Shown: piece by piece, positions 49,023 through 58,104 of the stretch
How positions within the stretch are numbered: position 1 is the first letter of the stretch
How the letters are laid out: every line of letters starts with the position of its first letter
From: Sphingobacteriaceae bacterium
Lineage (GTDB): Bacteria > Bacteroidota > Bacteroidia > Sphingobacteriales > Sphingobacteriaceae
Assembly (NCBI GenBank): GCA_965284455.1
Contig: OZ260086.1
Span: 1,728,686 to 1,792,685 of the forward strand
Length of the DNA stretch: 64,000 nucleotides
Reading direction: 5' to 3'
Made by a program: the position numbers and the translations under genes
Notes under the pieces: model-generated
Databases searched by the model: none
What the model was told of the DNA's origin: nothing
Seen by the model: only the letters and a program-made list of their open reading frames with translations

Positions 49023-50318
49023 ATGAGCAGATACATCCAATATATTATCATAACCATTTTATCGGTTTCAGCTTTTTTGGCAAAGGCGCAGGAAGTTCCA
49101 AAAGTATGGGATCTGAAAACGGCCATTGAATATGCCAAAGAAAAGAACATCAACATCAATACCCTTAAATTGAGCAGCCAAACTGCCCAGCAGGATCTAA
49201 TTGCTTCAAAATCGGCTGTACTTCCTAATTTAACGGGCAATGTATCGCAGGCACTTACCAATTATAAATCGGGTCTGCAAAACACCAGTGGCTTCGGTTT
49301 AAACTCAGATATAACCCTGTATAACGGAGGTTATTTAAAAAACGATATCAAAGCAAAAGAGCTCAGCCTGCAAACTGCAAACCTTTCTGTAGAGGCAGCA
49401 AAAAATGATATTACCATTTCTATAACACAGGCCTACCTTAATATTTTGCTGGCAAGAGAAAACATTACCTACTTAAAAGATTTGTTATCCACCAGCGAAG
49501 CACAAGTTAAACAGGCCGAACAGCAACTAAAATTTGGTACCATAGCTAAAAAAGATCTGTTGCAACTTCAGGCTACTTATGCTAACGACAAATACACTTT
49601 AGTTACTGCACATAACACACTACAGCAGAATATTTTAACGCTAAAACAACTCTTACAGATTCCAACCACAGATGCTTTCGAAGTTAGTACAACCGATACT
49701 GTTCAAAGAGCCCCGGTTCTTGATAATCTGGCATCGGCACAGGATAAAGCCTTGCGTACACGCCCGGAAATAAAAAGTGGCGAATTAAATATTCAGCTTC
49801 AAACCACCAATCTTGAAAAAGCAAAATCGACCTTACGTCCTACTTTAAGTTTAGGCGGCTCACTTTACACAGGCTACAACAATAACAATATTGGTGGCTA
49901 CGGTTATCAGCTAAATAATAGCTTCTATCAGAATTTAGGCTTGACCTTATCTATCCCCATATTCGACAGAAAGGTGACCAAAACCAATGTAGCGAAGGCT
50001 AATATCAGTATTGAACAGGCCCGTTTATCACTTTTAGATACCAAAACTACTTTAACACAAAATATAGAACGTGCCTACATTAATGTTCAAAATGCTAACA
50101 GCCAGTATGCAGCTGCGCAAGAACAGTTTAACTATACCGGTGAAGCCCTGAGGATTTCCAATGCCGCGCTAAAAGAAGGCACCAATAATATCGTAGAAAA
50201 CCTGCAGCAAAAGAATTTGTATGTACAGGCTTTGCAGGCTTTTGTTCAGGCTAAATACACAGCTAACCTTTATACCCGAATCTACAACTTTTATACAGGT
50301 GTACCGATAACTAACTAA
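49023..50318 (+). CDS. TolC family outer-membrane efflux protein
   Basis: Signal peptide, two OEP repeats, LSIPIFD motif; first gene of the efflux operon. Confidence 0.92.
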   Translation: MSRYIQYIIITILSVSAFLAKAQEVPKVWDLKTAIEYAKEKNININTLKLSSQTAQQDLIASKSAVLPNLTGNVSQALTNYKSGLQNTSGFGLNSDITLYNGGYLKNDIKAKELSLQTANLSVEAAKNDITISITQAYLNILLARENITYLKDLLSTSEAQVKQAEQQLKFGTIAKKDLLQLQATYANDKYTLVTAHNTLQQNILTLKQLLQIPTTDAFEVSTTDTVQRAPVLDNLASAQDKALRTRPEIKSGELNIQLQTTNLEKAKSTLRPTLSLGGSLYTGYNNNNIGGYGYQLNNSFYQNLGLTLSIPIFDRKVTKTNVAKANISIEQARLSLLDTKTTLTQNIERAYINVQNANSQYAAAQEQFNYTGEALRISNAALKEGTNNIVENLQQKNLYVQALQAFVQAKYTANLYTRIYNFYTGVPITN

Positions 50319-50363
50319 AAAATAATAAGATGACTACTACTTAGTCAATTAAATATTTAAATC

Positions 50364-51557
50364 ATGAAGAAGAAAACAATATTCATAATCGCTGGCTTAG
50401 CTCTGACTATATTGGCCATCTGGTATTTTGCTTTACGTAAAAAAGAAGATGTAATTGTACTGCAAACAGAAAAACCCACTGTTGGTTACATATCAGAAAA
50501 TGTAACTGCTACTGGTAAAGTTCAGCCGGTTGATACCGTTGCAGTTGGTACGCAGGTTTCGGGAACCATCAAAACCTTGTATGCCGATTTTAACTCGAAG
50601 GTAAAGAAAGGACAATTATTGGCCGAGTTAGACAAAACCTTATTTGAAGCCACAGTAAACCAGTATCAGGCCAACCTGGTGAGCGCGCAAAGTGCATTAA
50701 CCTATCAGCAGGGAAATTTTGGCCGTCAGAATAACTTATATAAAGTTGGGGCAGTAAGCAAAGCTGATTACGACAATGCGCTTTACACTTACAACGCAGC
50801 AAAAGCATCTGTAAATAGCATAAAGGCTCAGCTGGCTTCTGCCCAGAAGAACCTTTCGCTGGCCAGCATTTACTCGCCTATTGATGGAACTGTACTTTCG
50901 AGAAGCGTAAGTGAAGGTACCACTGTTGCAGCAAGTTTCAGTACGCCAACTATTTTCAGCATTGCTAAAGACTTAACCAAAATGCAGGTAGAAGCATCTG
51001 TTGATGAAGCAGATGTAGGCAATATCAGCAAAGGCGAGCGCGCAACTTTTACGGTTGATGCTTATTTGAACGATACTTTCAACGGTGCTATCCAGGACAT
51101 CAGGTTAAGCCCATCCATTTCATCGAATGTGGTAACCTATAAAACCATTATTAAAACCGCAAATGATGACAACAAGTTAAAACCGGGCATGACAGCTAAT
51201 ATAACTATCTTCACCAAAGAAGTTAATAATGCAATGCTGATATCGGCAAAAGCAATTAAATATACTCCCGATTCGACATTGGCAGGCAAATACCAAATGA
51301 CCTGGATTAATCCTGACAGAAAACCAGCTGGTGCTAACGAAGCGTATGTTTGGGTTGAAAAAGGGCCGAAAGAACTTGTTCAGAAAAAAATAAAAACCGG
51401 TATTAACGATAATACCCATGTAGAGGTCTTATCGGGATTAGCGGCAAACGATAGCGTGATTAATGGAGCACAAACCGTGGGCAAAGCAGCAGCAGCCGGC
51501 CAAAGTCAGGCCAGTCCTTTTATGCCAAAACGCCCGGGAAGAAACAACAGGAAATAA
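50364..51557 (+). CDS. Efflux periplasmic adaptor (MacA-like MFP)
   Basis: ATGKVQP, VGTQVSG, SPIDG, VDEADVG and LKPGMTA motifs. Confidence 0.92.
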   Translation: MKKKTIFIIAGLALTILAIWYFALRKKEDVIVLQTEKPTVGYISENVTATGKVQPVDTVAVGTQVSGTIKTLYADFNSKVKKGQLLAELDKTLFEATVNQYQANLVSAQSALTYQQGNFGRQNNLYKVGAVSKADYDNALYTYNAAKASVNSIKAQLASAQKNLSLASIYSPIDGTVLSRSVSEGTTVAASFSTPTIFSIAKDLTKMQVEASVDEADVGNISKGERATFTVDAYLNDTFNGAIQDIRLSPSISSNVVTYKTIIKTANDDNKLKPGMTANITIFTKEVNNAMLISAKAIKYTPDSTLAGKYQMTWINPDRKPAGANEAYVWVEKGPKELVQKKIKTGINDNTHVEVLSGLAANDSVINGAQTVGKAAAAGQSQASPFMPKRPGRNNRK

Positions 51558-52303
51558 TGGAAAAGAAGATATTAGATATACACGATCTGAAACGCGAGTT
51601 TGTAATGGGCGATCAAACGGTACGGGCACTGAAAGGAATTACTTTCGATATTAAAGCCGGTGAATTTGTAACCATTATGGGGAGTAGCGGTTCTGGCAAA
51701 ACCACACTTTTAAATATTTTAGGTTGTTTGGATAAACCTAGTGATGGCATTTATCATCTGGATGGTGTTGATGTGAAGAGTCTGGACAAGGATAAACTGG
51801 CCGGATTAAGAAACACCAAAATCGGTTTTGTTTTTCAGGCTTACAATCTTTTACCCAGAACATCAGCTCTGGAAAATGTAGAGCTACCCCTGTTTTACAA
51901 CAAAACAATTACGGCAGAAGAACGGAAAGAAAGGGCCATAAAATCGCTCGAATCGGTAAAGCTGGCCGAACGTTTTGATCATACACCAAGTCAGCTTTCG
52001 GGTGGACAGCAACAGCGCGTAGCCATTGCCAGGGCATTGGTAAACCATCCGGTAATGATTTTAGCTGATGAGGCGACAGGAAATTTAGATACCAGAACTT
52101 CGTATGAAATTATGGCCCTGATGCAGGAGCTAAATGCGGAAGGAAAAACAATCGTTTTTGTAACCCACGAGCCCGATATCGCGGCTTTTAGTACCCGTAC
52201 CATTATGCTGCGCGATGGAAAAATTCAGAAAGACAGCATTAACACCAATCAGCGTTCGGCAAAAGAGGCTTTGGCCAGTTTGCCCGAAACAGACGATTAC
52301 TAA
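51557..52303 (+). CDS. ABC transporter ATP-binding protein (MacB/LolD-like)
   Basis: GSSGSGKT, LSGGQQQRV, ADEATGNLD and VTH motifs. Confidence 0.95.
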   Translation: MEKKILDIHDLKREFVMGDQTVRALKGITFDIKAGEFVTIMGSSGSGKTTLLNILGCLDKPSDGIYHLDGVDVKSLDKDKLAGLRNTKIGFVFQAYNLLPRTSALENVELPLFYNKTITAEERKERAIKSLESVKLAERFDHTPSQLSGGQQQRVAIARALVNHPVMILADEATGNLDTRTSYEIMALMQELNAEGKTIVFVTHEPDIAAFSTRTIMLRDGKIQKDSINTNQRSAKEALASLPETDDY

Positions 52304-52314
52304 TTAAAAAAGAC

Positions 52315-53538
52315 ATGGGCATTTTAAATTTATTGAAAATAGCTTTCAAGGCACTAAAAAGAAATAAACTGCGTGCATTTTTAACCATGCTAGGTATTAT
52401 TATCGGTGTTGCAGCGGTTATAGCCATGATGGCTATTGGCGAGGGCTCGAAACAGAGTATCAGATCTTCATTGTCGGGTATGGGATCGAACATGATTACC
52501 ATTATGCCACAAAGCAACGAACCTGGAGGTGTAAGATTACAGGGAAGCAGTATTCAAACACTTAAACTGGAAGATGTTACAGCCATTCAAAAACTAAGGT
52601 CGAATAATATTAATGGTTTATCGCCAGTAGTTTCTACGAGCGGACAGGCCATTAAAGGCTCGTACAACTGGCCTACAAGTATACAGGGCGTTAGTCCCGA
52701 CTACCTGAACATCCGCCAGCTAAAATTAAAGGACGGCATTCTTTTCTCAGAAAATGATGTAAAAAGTTTTGCCAAGGTTTGTTTGTTAGGGCAAACCGTT
52801 ATCAGTAACTTATTTCCGGATGGCAGCAACCCAATTGGCCAGATTATCCGTTTTAAGAACATCCCTTTTCAGGTAATTGGCATTTTGGAACCAAAAGGAC
52901 AGAGTAATTTTGGCCAGGATCAGGATGATATTATTTTGGCTCCATATACCACCGTTCAAAAAAGAATTACAGCTACCAATTACCTGCAAAGCATTTACGC
53001 ATCTGCAACAACCGAAGCCAGCAGCGATGCAGCCACTACCGAAATCAGTAACGCCATCCGCGAAAGTCACCGCCTAACCGCTGCAGAAAGCGATGATTTT
53101 CAAGTACGTACCCAAGCCGAACTCATTAGTACTATTAGCTCAACCAGCAGTATGTTAACAGTACTACTAACAGCAATTGCCGGCATTTCACTTTTTATAG
53201 GTGGTATTGGGATCATGAATATCATGTATGTTTCGGTAACCGAACGCACAAGGGAAATTGGCTTGCGCATGTCGATAGGTGCACGTGGACGCGATGTTTT
53301 GATGCAATTTTTAATTGAGGCAGTTTTAATCAGCATTACAGGCGGAATTATCGGGGTGTTTTTAGGCGTAAGCTCAGCTTACCTTATCTCCTATTTCTTA
53401 AACTGGCCCATTTTAATTTCTGAGTCATCCATTGTTATTTCTTTTGTGGTTTGCGCAGTAACAGGCGTATTTTTTGGCTATTATCCGGCTAAAAAAGCAT
53501 CCAGTCTCGATCCAATAGATGCCTTAAGATATGAGTAA
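52315..53538 (+). CDS. ABC transporter permease (MacB/FtsX-like)
   Basis: LTMLGIIIGV, GGIGIMNIM, ERTREIGLR and DPIDALRYE motifs. Confidence 0.95.
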   Translation: MGILNLLKIAFKALKRNKLRAFLTMLGIIIGVAAVIAMMAIGEGSKQSIRSSLSGMGSNMITIMPQSNEPGGVRLQGSSIQTLKLEDVTAIQKLRSNNINGLSPVVSTSGQAIKGSYNWPTSIQGVSPDYLNIRQLKLKDGILFSENDVKSFAKVCLLGQTVISNLFPDGSNPIGQIIRFKNIPFQVIGILEPKGQSNFGQDQDDIILAPYTTVQKRITATNYLQSIYASATTEASSDAATTEISNAIRESHRLTAAESDDFQVRTQAELISTISSTSSMLTVLLTAIAGISLFIGGIGIMNIMYVSVTERTREIGLRMSIGARGRDVLMQFLIEAVLISITGGIIGVFLGVSSAYLISYFLNWPILISESSIVISFVVCAVTGVFFGYYPAKKASSLDPIDALRYE

Positions 53539-53652
53539 GTATCCAGTATCTGGAAATTTTCAAGTACTAAAACTCTTATAGATATCATTACCCGTACTGA
53601 AATTAATTGAGCGCCACAAAGCAGGAAAAACGGAATAAATAATAACTTAGCT

Positions 53653-54720
53653 ATGCAAAGTGCGAAACAAAAAATAATGACGATCAATTTTTCGAAAAAG
53701 TGGATAAAAGTAACCCTGCATATTTTGGTATGGGTAGTTTTAATTACCCTCCCTTACATCATCAATTTAAACAGGAGCCGCCCGCCTCATCAGTTGACCA
53801 GATTTCAGGAACTCCAGCTTTTAAGGCTCAATTTTATCAGCTATTTTTACTGGATCGCTATTTTTTACCTCAACAGCTTTGTGCTGATCCCAAAATTCTT
53901 CTACCCCAAAAAATACATTCTTTATGCTTTAGGTTTTATTTGTAGCCTGCTTCTGGCTATTGTTATCCATGCCATCCTCTTTAAAATCCTCCTGCCCGAT
54001 TTCAGTTTCAACCTTGGCCGAACCCTGTGGTTTAATACACCTACTTTTTTATTAACCATGGCAGCAAGTACAGCTTTTACCATGATTGCCGACCGGATTT
54101 TGGAAGAGAAAAGAACTTTACAGCGCGAGCAGGAAAACATGAAAACAGAGCTTTCCTTTTTACGTTCGCAGATTAGTCCGCATTTTATTTTCAATGTTTT
54201 AAATAATATTGTAGCACTCGTACGTCTAAAAAGCGATGAGCTTGAGCCTACAGTAATTAAGCTATCGGGTTTAATGCAATATATGCTGTACGAAACTGAC
54301 GAGGAAAAAGTATCGCTCAAAACAGAAACTGAATACCTGCAGGCTTACATCGACCTGCAAAAACAGCGTTTTGGCAAAAAAGTAGATATCGAAACCCATA
54401 TCGATATTGAAAGTGATTTTGATGAGATTGAACCCATGCTTCTTATTCCCTTTATCGAAAATGCCTTTAAACATGGGGTTGGCATGATTGAAAACCCACA
54501 GATTTTAATCAATTTAAAAACAGAAGATGATATTTTAACGTTTGAGGTTAAAAACAAGTTTAATCCGGAGAAAAATGAAATTAAAGACCCGTCATCAGGA
54601 ATTGGCCTGCCAAATGTAACCCGAAGATTAAATTTGTTGTACAAGAACCAGCACCAGCTAAACATTGATAAAACAAATAACTGGTATAATGTAAGTTTAA
54701 CGCTAAAATTAACCACATGA
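53653..54720 (+). CDS. LytS/YehU-like sensor histidine kinase
   Basis: 4 TM; LRSQISPHFIFNVLNNI, ENAFKHG and GIGL motifs. Confidence 0.93.
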   Translation: MQSAKQKIMTINFSKKWIKVTLHILVWVVLITLPYIINLNRSRPPHQLTRFQELQLLRLNFISYFYWIAIFYLNSFVLIPKFFYPKKYILYALGFICSLLLAIVIHAILFKILLPDFSFNLGRTLWFNTPTFLLTMAASTAFTMIADRILEEKRTLQREQENMKTELSFLRSQISPHFIFNVLNNIVALVRLKSDELEPTVIKLSGLMQYMLYETDEEKVSLKTETEYLQAYIDLQKQRFGKKVDIETHIDIESDFDEIEPMLLIPFIENAFKHGVGMIENPQILINLKTEDDILTFEVKNKFNPEKNEIKDPSSGIGLPNVTRRLNLLYKNQHQLNIDKTNNWYNVSLTLKLTT

Positions 54721-55415
54721 TAAAGTGTTTAGCCATTGATGATGAGCCTTTAGCCCTGCAATTACTGGCTGATAACATTAGCCGGATACCATTTTTACAA
54801 CTGGTGGCCAGTTGCGATGATGCTTTTGCTGCCAACAAAATTATGCAGGAACAAGCTATCGATCTTATTTTTATCGATATCCAAATGCCAGGGATAACCG
54901 GCTTACAGTTTATTCAAAGCCTGGTTAAAAAGCCCATGGTGATTATTGTTACCGCTTACAAACAGTATGCACTTGATGGTTTTGCTTTGGATGTGGTAGA
55001 TTACCTGATGAAACCGGTTTCGCTTGACCGTTTTATGAAAGCCTGCAATAAAGCCAAAGACCTCTTCGGATTAATGCAGGCAGCCGGGCAAAACAACCAG
55101 GCCAGGCAAGATTATATGTTTGTAAATGTTGGCTACAGTCTGATAAAGATTAACTTTAGTGAGATTACTTACATCGAGGGCCTTAAAGATTACATCCAGA
55201 TTCATTTAGATACCAATCCCAGAGCGGCTGTTGTACGCATGAGTATGAAAAGCATGGAAGAACAATTGCCACAAAACTTTGAAAGGATACACAAATCTTT
55301 TGTTATAAATACTGATAAGGTTACCTCAATCCGTAAAAATGCAGTATTTATCGGCGAAAAAGAAATACCTGTAAGTGAAAGCTATAAGCAGGTTATCGAA
55401 AAGCTGCTTAAATAA
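54717..55415 (+). CDS. LytTR family response regulator
   Basis: IDDE, FIDIQMP and DYLMKP receiver motifs; FERIHKSF LytTR domain. Confidence 0.94.
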   Translation: MIKCLAIDDEPLALQLLADNISRIPFLQLVASCDDAFAANKIMQEQAIDLIFIDIQMPGITGLQFIQSLVKKPMVIIVTAYKQYALDGFALDVVDYLMKPVSLDRFMKACNKAKDLFGLMQAAGQNNQARQDYMFVNVGYSLIKINFSEITYIEGLKDYIQIHLDTNPRAAVVRMSMKSMEEQLPQNFERIHKSFVINTDKVTSIRKNAVFIGEKEIPVSESYKQVIEKLLK

Positions 55416-55543
55416 TTGAGTGTTCCCGGTTATTAAAAAATCTGACAATCACAATCACGCATCCAAAAAATAAAAAGCACCAATTAAGGCTCTTGTTACG
55501 CTTTAATTGATGCTTCTGCAAAAGTTAAATCTTATTGATCTTG

Positions 55544-56860
55544 CTAAACGGTTTTCACTTCGTTCTCTGCATAATCTTCTATATCAGTAATATAACCATT
55601 AACCAGCAAGAAATCAAACAAAGGTTTGGCATCTGGTGTAACCGGCATATTGGTGGTATTAATTACCTGATTGGTCTTTTTATCTAAGAACGGGTAAGCA
55701 AATAAGCGTACATTGGTATTAAACATATCATTTACGTAGCTTAATAATTGGCCTGAGTAATTATCGCCTTTAAAATTCGACGAGTTAAATACAAATTTTA
55801 AGTTATTGATGTTGGTGGCCAAACCTACACTCTTCGGTTTACAACGTGCCAGATACTTGGCCAAACGGTTATGGCGGGTAAAGTTAGATACGATAACAAT
55901 GTTTCCGGTATCGCACATTTCCTGTGTACGTTTAGCTACGGCAACCAGGTCAATATCATCGGGTGTTTCGTGTGCATCGGTTAATACATTGGTTAATAAA
56001 ACCTCAATCATTACCGCAAGATTACCTTCTTCAACTTTATTGGTACGCTTAAACTGATCGGTTGCTTTGTTGAACAAACTAAAGTTAGGCAAAGATTTCT
56101 GACCGTATTTGGTCCTTAAAATCATGATATCTTTCTTGTACAAGAGATCTTTTGCCTGGCGTGGGTGTGCATCCGCATCAAAAATTGCTGCCGCCGAGAA
56201 ATCTTTCATAATCATGTACAGATTAAGCAAAATATTGTCGACACCTTCAAATGCAGGTCCTTTAACGGAAATTAAATCGATTTCTACCGAATCAATTGTT
56301 AAGTTATCAGCCAGCGATTCGACCATTAACTTAGGGTCCTGATAATGATAAAAGGCGGCATAAACCAGATTCACCCCGATAATACCCAAAACACGCTGTT
56401 GCATGTTTACATCAGTATCGAGTAAACGAACGTGGAAAAAAATCTCGTTCGGCAAACCTCCGGGCTCATTCTGGAAACAAATACCAACCCAGCCATGCGG
56501 CTCGTTAGTACGTTTATAATTTAAGGTTGTTACCGTGTCGGCAAAAGCAAAAAAAGTACGGCTTTCGTATTTTTCGCCCGATAAACGTTCGGTTAACAAA
56601 CCAAATTCGTGATCGAGCATTTGCAAAAGCCTGTTCTGACTAACATAACGGCCATTTGCCTCGGCTCCGTAAATGGCATCACTAAAGGTCATATCGTAAG
56701 CCGACATGGTTTTAGCCACCGTTCCAGATGCTGCACCGGCATTAAAAAAGTTCCGCGAAACTTCCTGTCCTGCACCTATCTCGGCAAAAGTGCCATAAAT
56801 ACGGGGGTCAAGGTTTATTTTAAGTGCTTTACGCTTCGTATCCAGAATTTCTCTCTCCAT
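55544..56860 (-). CDS. Conserved Bacteroidota protein with degenerate nucleotidyltransferase-like fold (start likely 56860)
   Basis: YGTFAEIGAGQEV, AGAASGTVAKTMSAYDM, MLDHE and FAFADTV motifs. The ORF-track start includes the promoter sequence. Confidence 0.7.
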   Translation of the reverse strand: MEREILDTKRKALKINLDPRIYGTFAEIGAGQEVSRNFFNAGAASGTVAKTMSAYDMTFSDAIYGAEANGRYVSQNRLLQMLDHEFGLLTERLSGEKYESRTFFAFADTVTTLNYKRTNEPHGWVGICFQNEPGGLPNEIFFHVRLLDTDVNMQQRVLGIIGVNLVYAAFYHYQDPKLMVESLADNLTIDSVEIDLISVKGPAFEGVDNILLNLYMIMKDFSAAAIFDADAHPRQAKDLLYKKDIMILRTKYGQKSLPNFSLFNKATDQFKRTNKVEEGNLAVMIEVLLTNVLTDAHETPDDIDLVAVAKRTQEMCDTGNIVIVSNFTRHNRLAKYLARCKPKSVGLATNINNLKFVFNSSNFKGDNYSGQLLSYVNDMFNTNVRLFAYPFLDKKTNQVINTTNMPVTPDAKPLFDFLLVNGYITDIEDYAENEVKTV

Positions 56861-56965
56861 GCCGCAAAAGTACAAAATTTTGAGATTAAGCTAATTTTAA
56901 GTCTGTAACTTAAAATCAATCTAAATACCGAAATTCTCAGATGGGCTCCCAATAGTGCTAAAAAA

Positions 56966-56997
56966 ATAAGGTTAATGCCATCCAGCATTAACCTTAT
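56966..56997 (-). terminator. Terminator of the Hsp20 gene
   Basis: ATAAGGTTAATGC-CATCCA-GCATTAACCTTAT with a U-run on the minus strand. Confidence 0.75.
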
Positions 56998-57048
56998 AAA
57001 ACCTAAACTTAAACTATTATGAAAAACCCTCTTTCGAGAATATTTTGA

Positions 57049-57483
57049 TTACGATACTACAATTTCTTTATGTTGTAATTTAGCATCGTCTTTTTTGCTG
57101 ATGTTGATACTTAAAATACCATCTTTATATTCGGCAGTAATTTTATCGCCATCGGCAGTATCTGGTAAATTGAATGATCTTGCAAATGAGCTGTAATCAA
57201 ACTCTTTACGGGTAAAATCTTTAGCTACCTGGGTTTCGTCTTTTTTAACTTCTGCCCAAACAGAAAGCGTATCTTTTTTTAAATTGATTTGAAAATCTTC
57301 TTTCTTTAAACCTGGTGCAGCCAATTCAATCACGTAAGCAGTTTCACTTTCATGAATATTTACATTTGGCGATTTATCAACCGCTTTGTTTTTAGTTATC
57401 GCATCGCTAAACAATGAATCAAAAACATTGTTAAAGTAAGGAGCTGTGTTACGGGTTCTGTTGTTAAAATTTACAAGTGTCAT
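57049..57483 (-). CDS. Hsp20/alpha-crystallin small heat-shock protein
   Basis: PNVNI, APGLKKED, FARSFNLP and AEYKDGIL motifs. Confidence 0.95.
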   Translation of the reverse strand: MTLVNFNNRTRNTAPYFNNVFDSLFSDAITKNKAVDKSPNVNIHESETAYVIELAAPGLKKEDFQINLKKDTLSVWAEVKKDETQVAKDFTRKEFDYSSFARSFNLPDTADGDKITAEYKDGILSINISKKDDAKLQHKEIVVS

Positions 57484-57552
57484 ATCTCTAATTTTTTTAT
57501 TTTTTAATTTGATAATACACCTTATTCAACTTACATACCAAACCATTTTTTT

Positions 57553-58041
57553 ATGATTTTTAAGACATTTTGGCAAAAACAAAGCAAAACAAAAGACAAA
57601 ACGTCAGTTTTAAGCGGTTTTTCAGACAAATTCAACTATAAAACTGATGTACCTTTGCGCTTTATCGACTTCGATATGATGGGACACGTGAATAATTCCG
57701 TGTATTTCACCTATCTCGAAATTGCCAGAAGCCAGTATTGGGAAGAAATTATTAAATGGGACTGGAAACAAACCGGGATTGTAATTGCCCATGCCGAACT
57801 GGATTACATTTTACCCATTTTACAGCACGATAAAATAGCCATTCATGTTAAAACATCAAGAATTGGTGATACCAGTTTCGATCTCGAATACCAGATCGTA
57901 AAATTGAAAGGAAATGAAGAGATTATTTGCAGCAGGGGAAAAACTGTTTGTATTGCAATCGATTATGCCACCAAACGGCCAACAGCAATACCAGATGCAG
58001 AAAAACAGAAAATGCTGAGTTTTGAGCAATTAACCTCCTGA
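57553..58041 (+). CDS. Acyl-CoA thioesterase (4HBT/hotdog fold)
   Basis: RFIDFDMMGHVNNSVYFTYLEIAR motif. Confidence 0.9.
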   Translation: MIFKTFWQKQSKTKDKTSVLSGFSDKFNYKTDVPLRFIDFDMMGHVNNSVYFTYLEIARSQYWEEIIKWDWKQTGIVIAHAELDYILPILQHDKIAIHVKTSRIGDTSFDLEYQIVKLKGNEEIICSRGKTVCIAIDYATKRPTAIPDAEKQKMLSFEQLTS

Positions 58042-58090
58042 AAGAGTTGTCATTTCGAGCGCTGTACTGCGCTCGAAATGACAACTCTTT
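58041..58090. repeat. Perfect 22-bp inverted repeat (REP-like, bidirectional terminator)
   Basis: AAAGAGTTGTCATTTCGAGCGC-TGTACT-GCGCTCGAAATGACAACTCTTT between convergent genes. Confidence 0.85.
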
Positions 58091-58104
58091 TTTTTGTATA
58101 GTCG

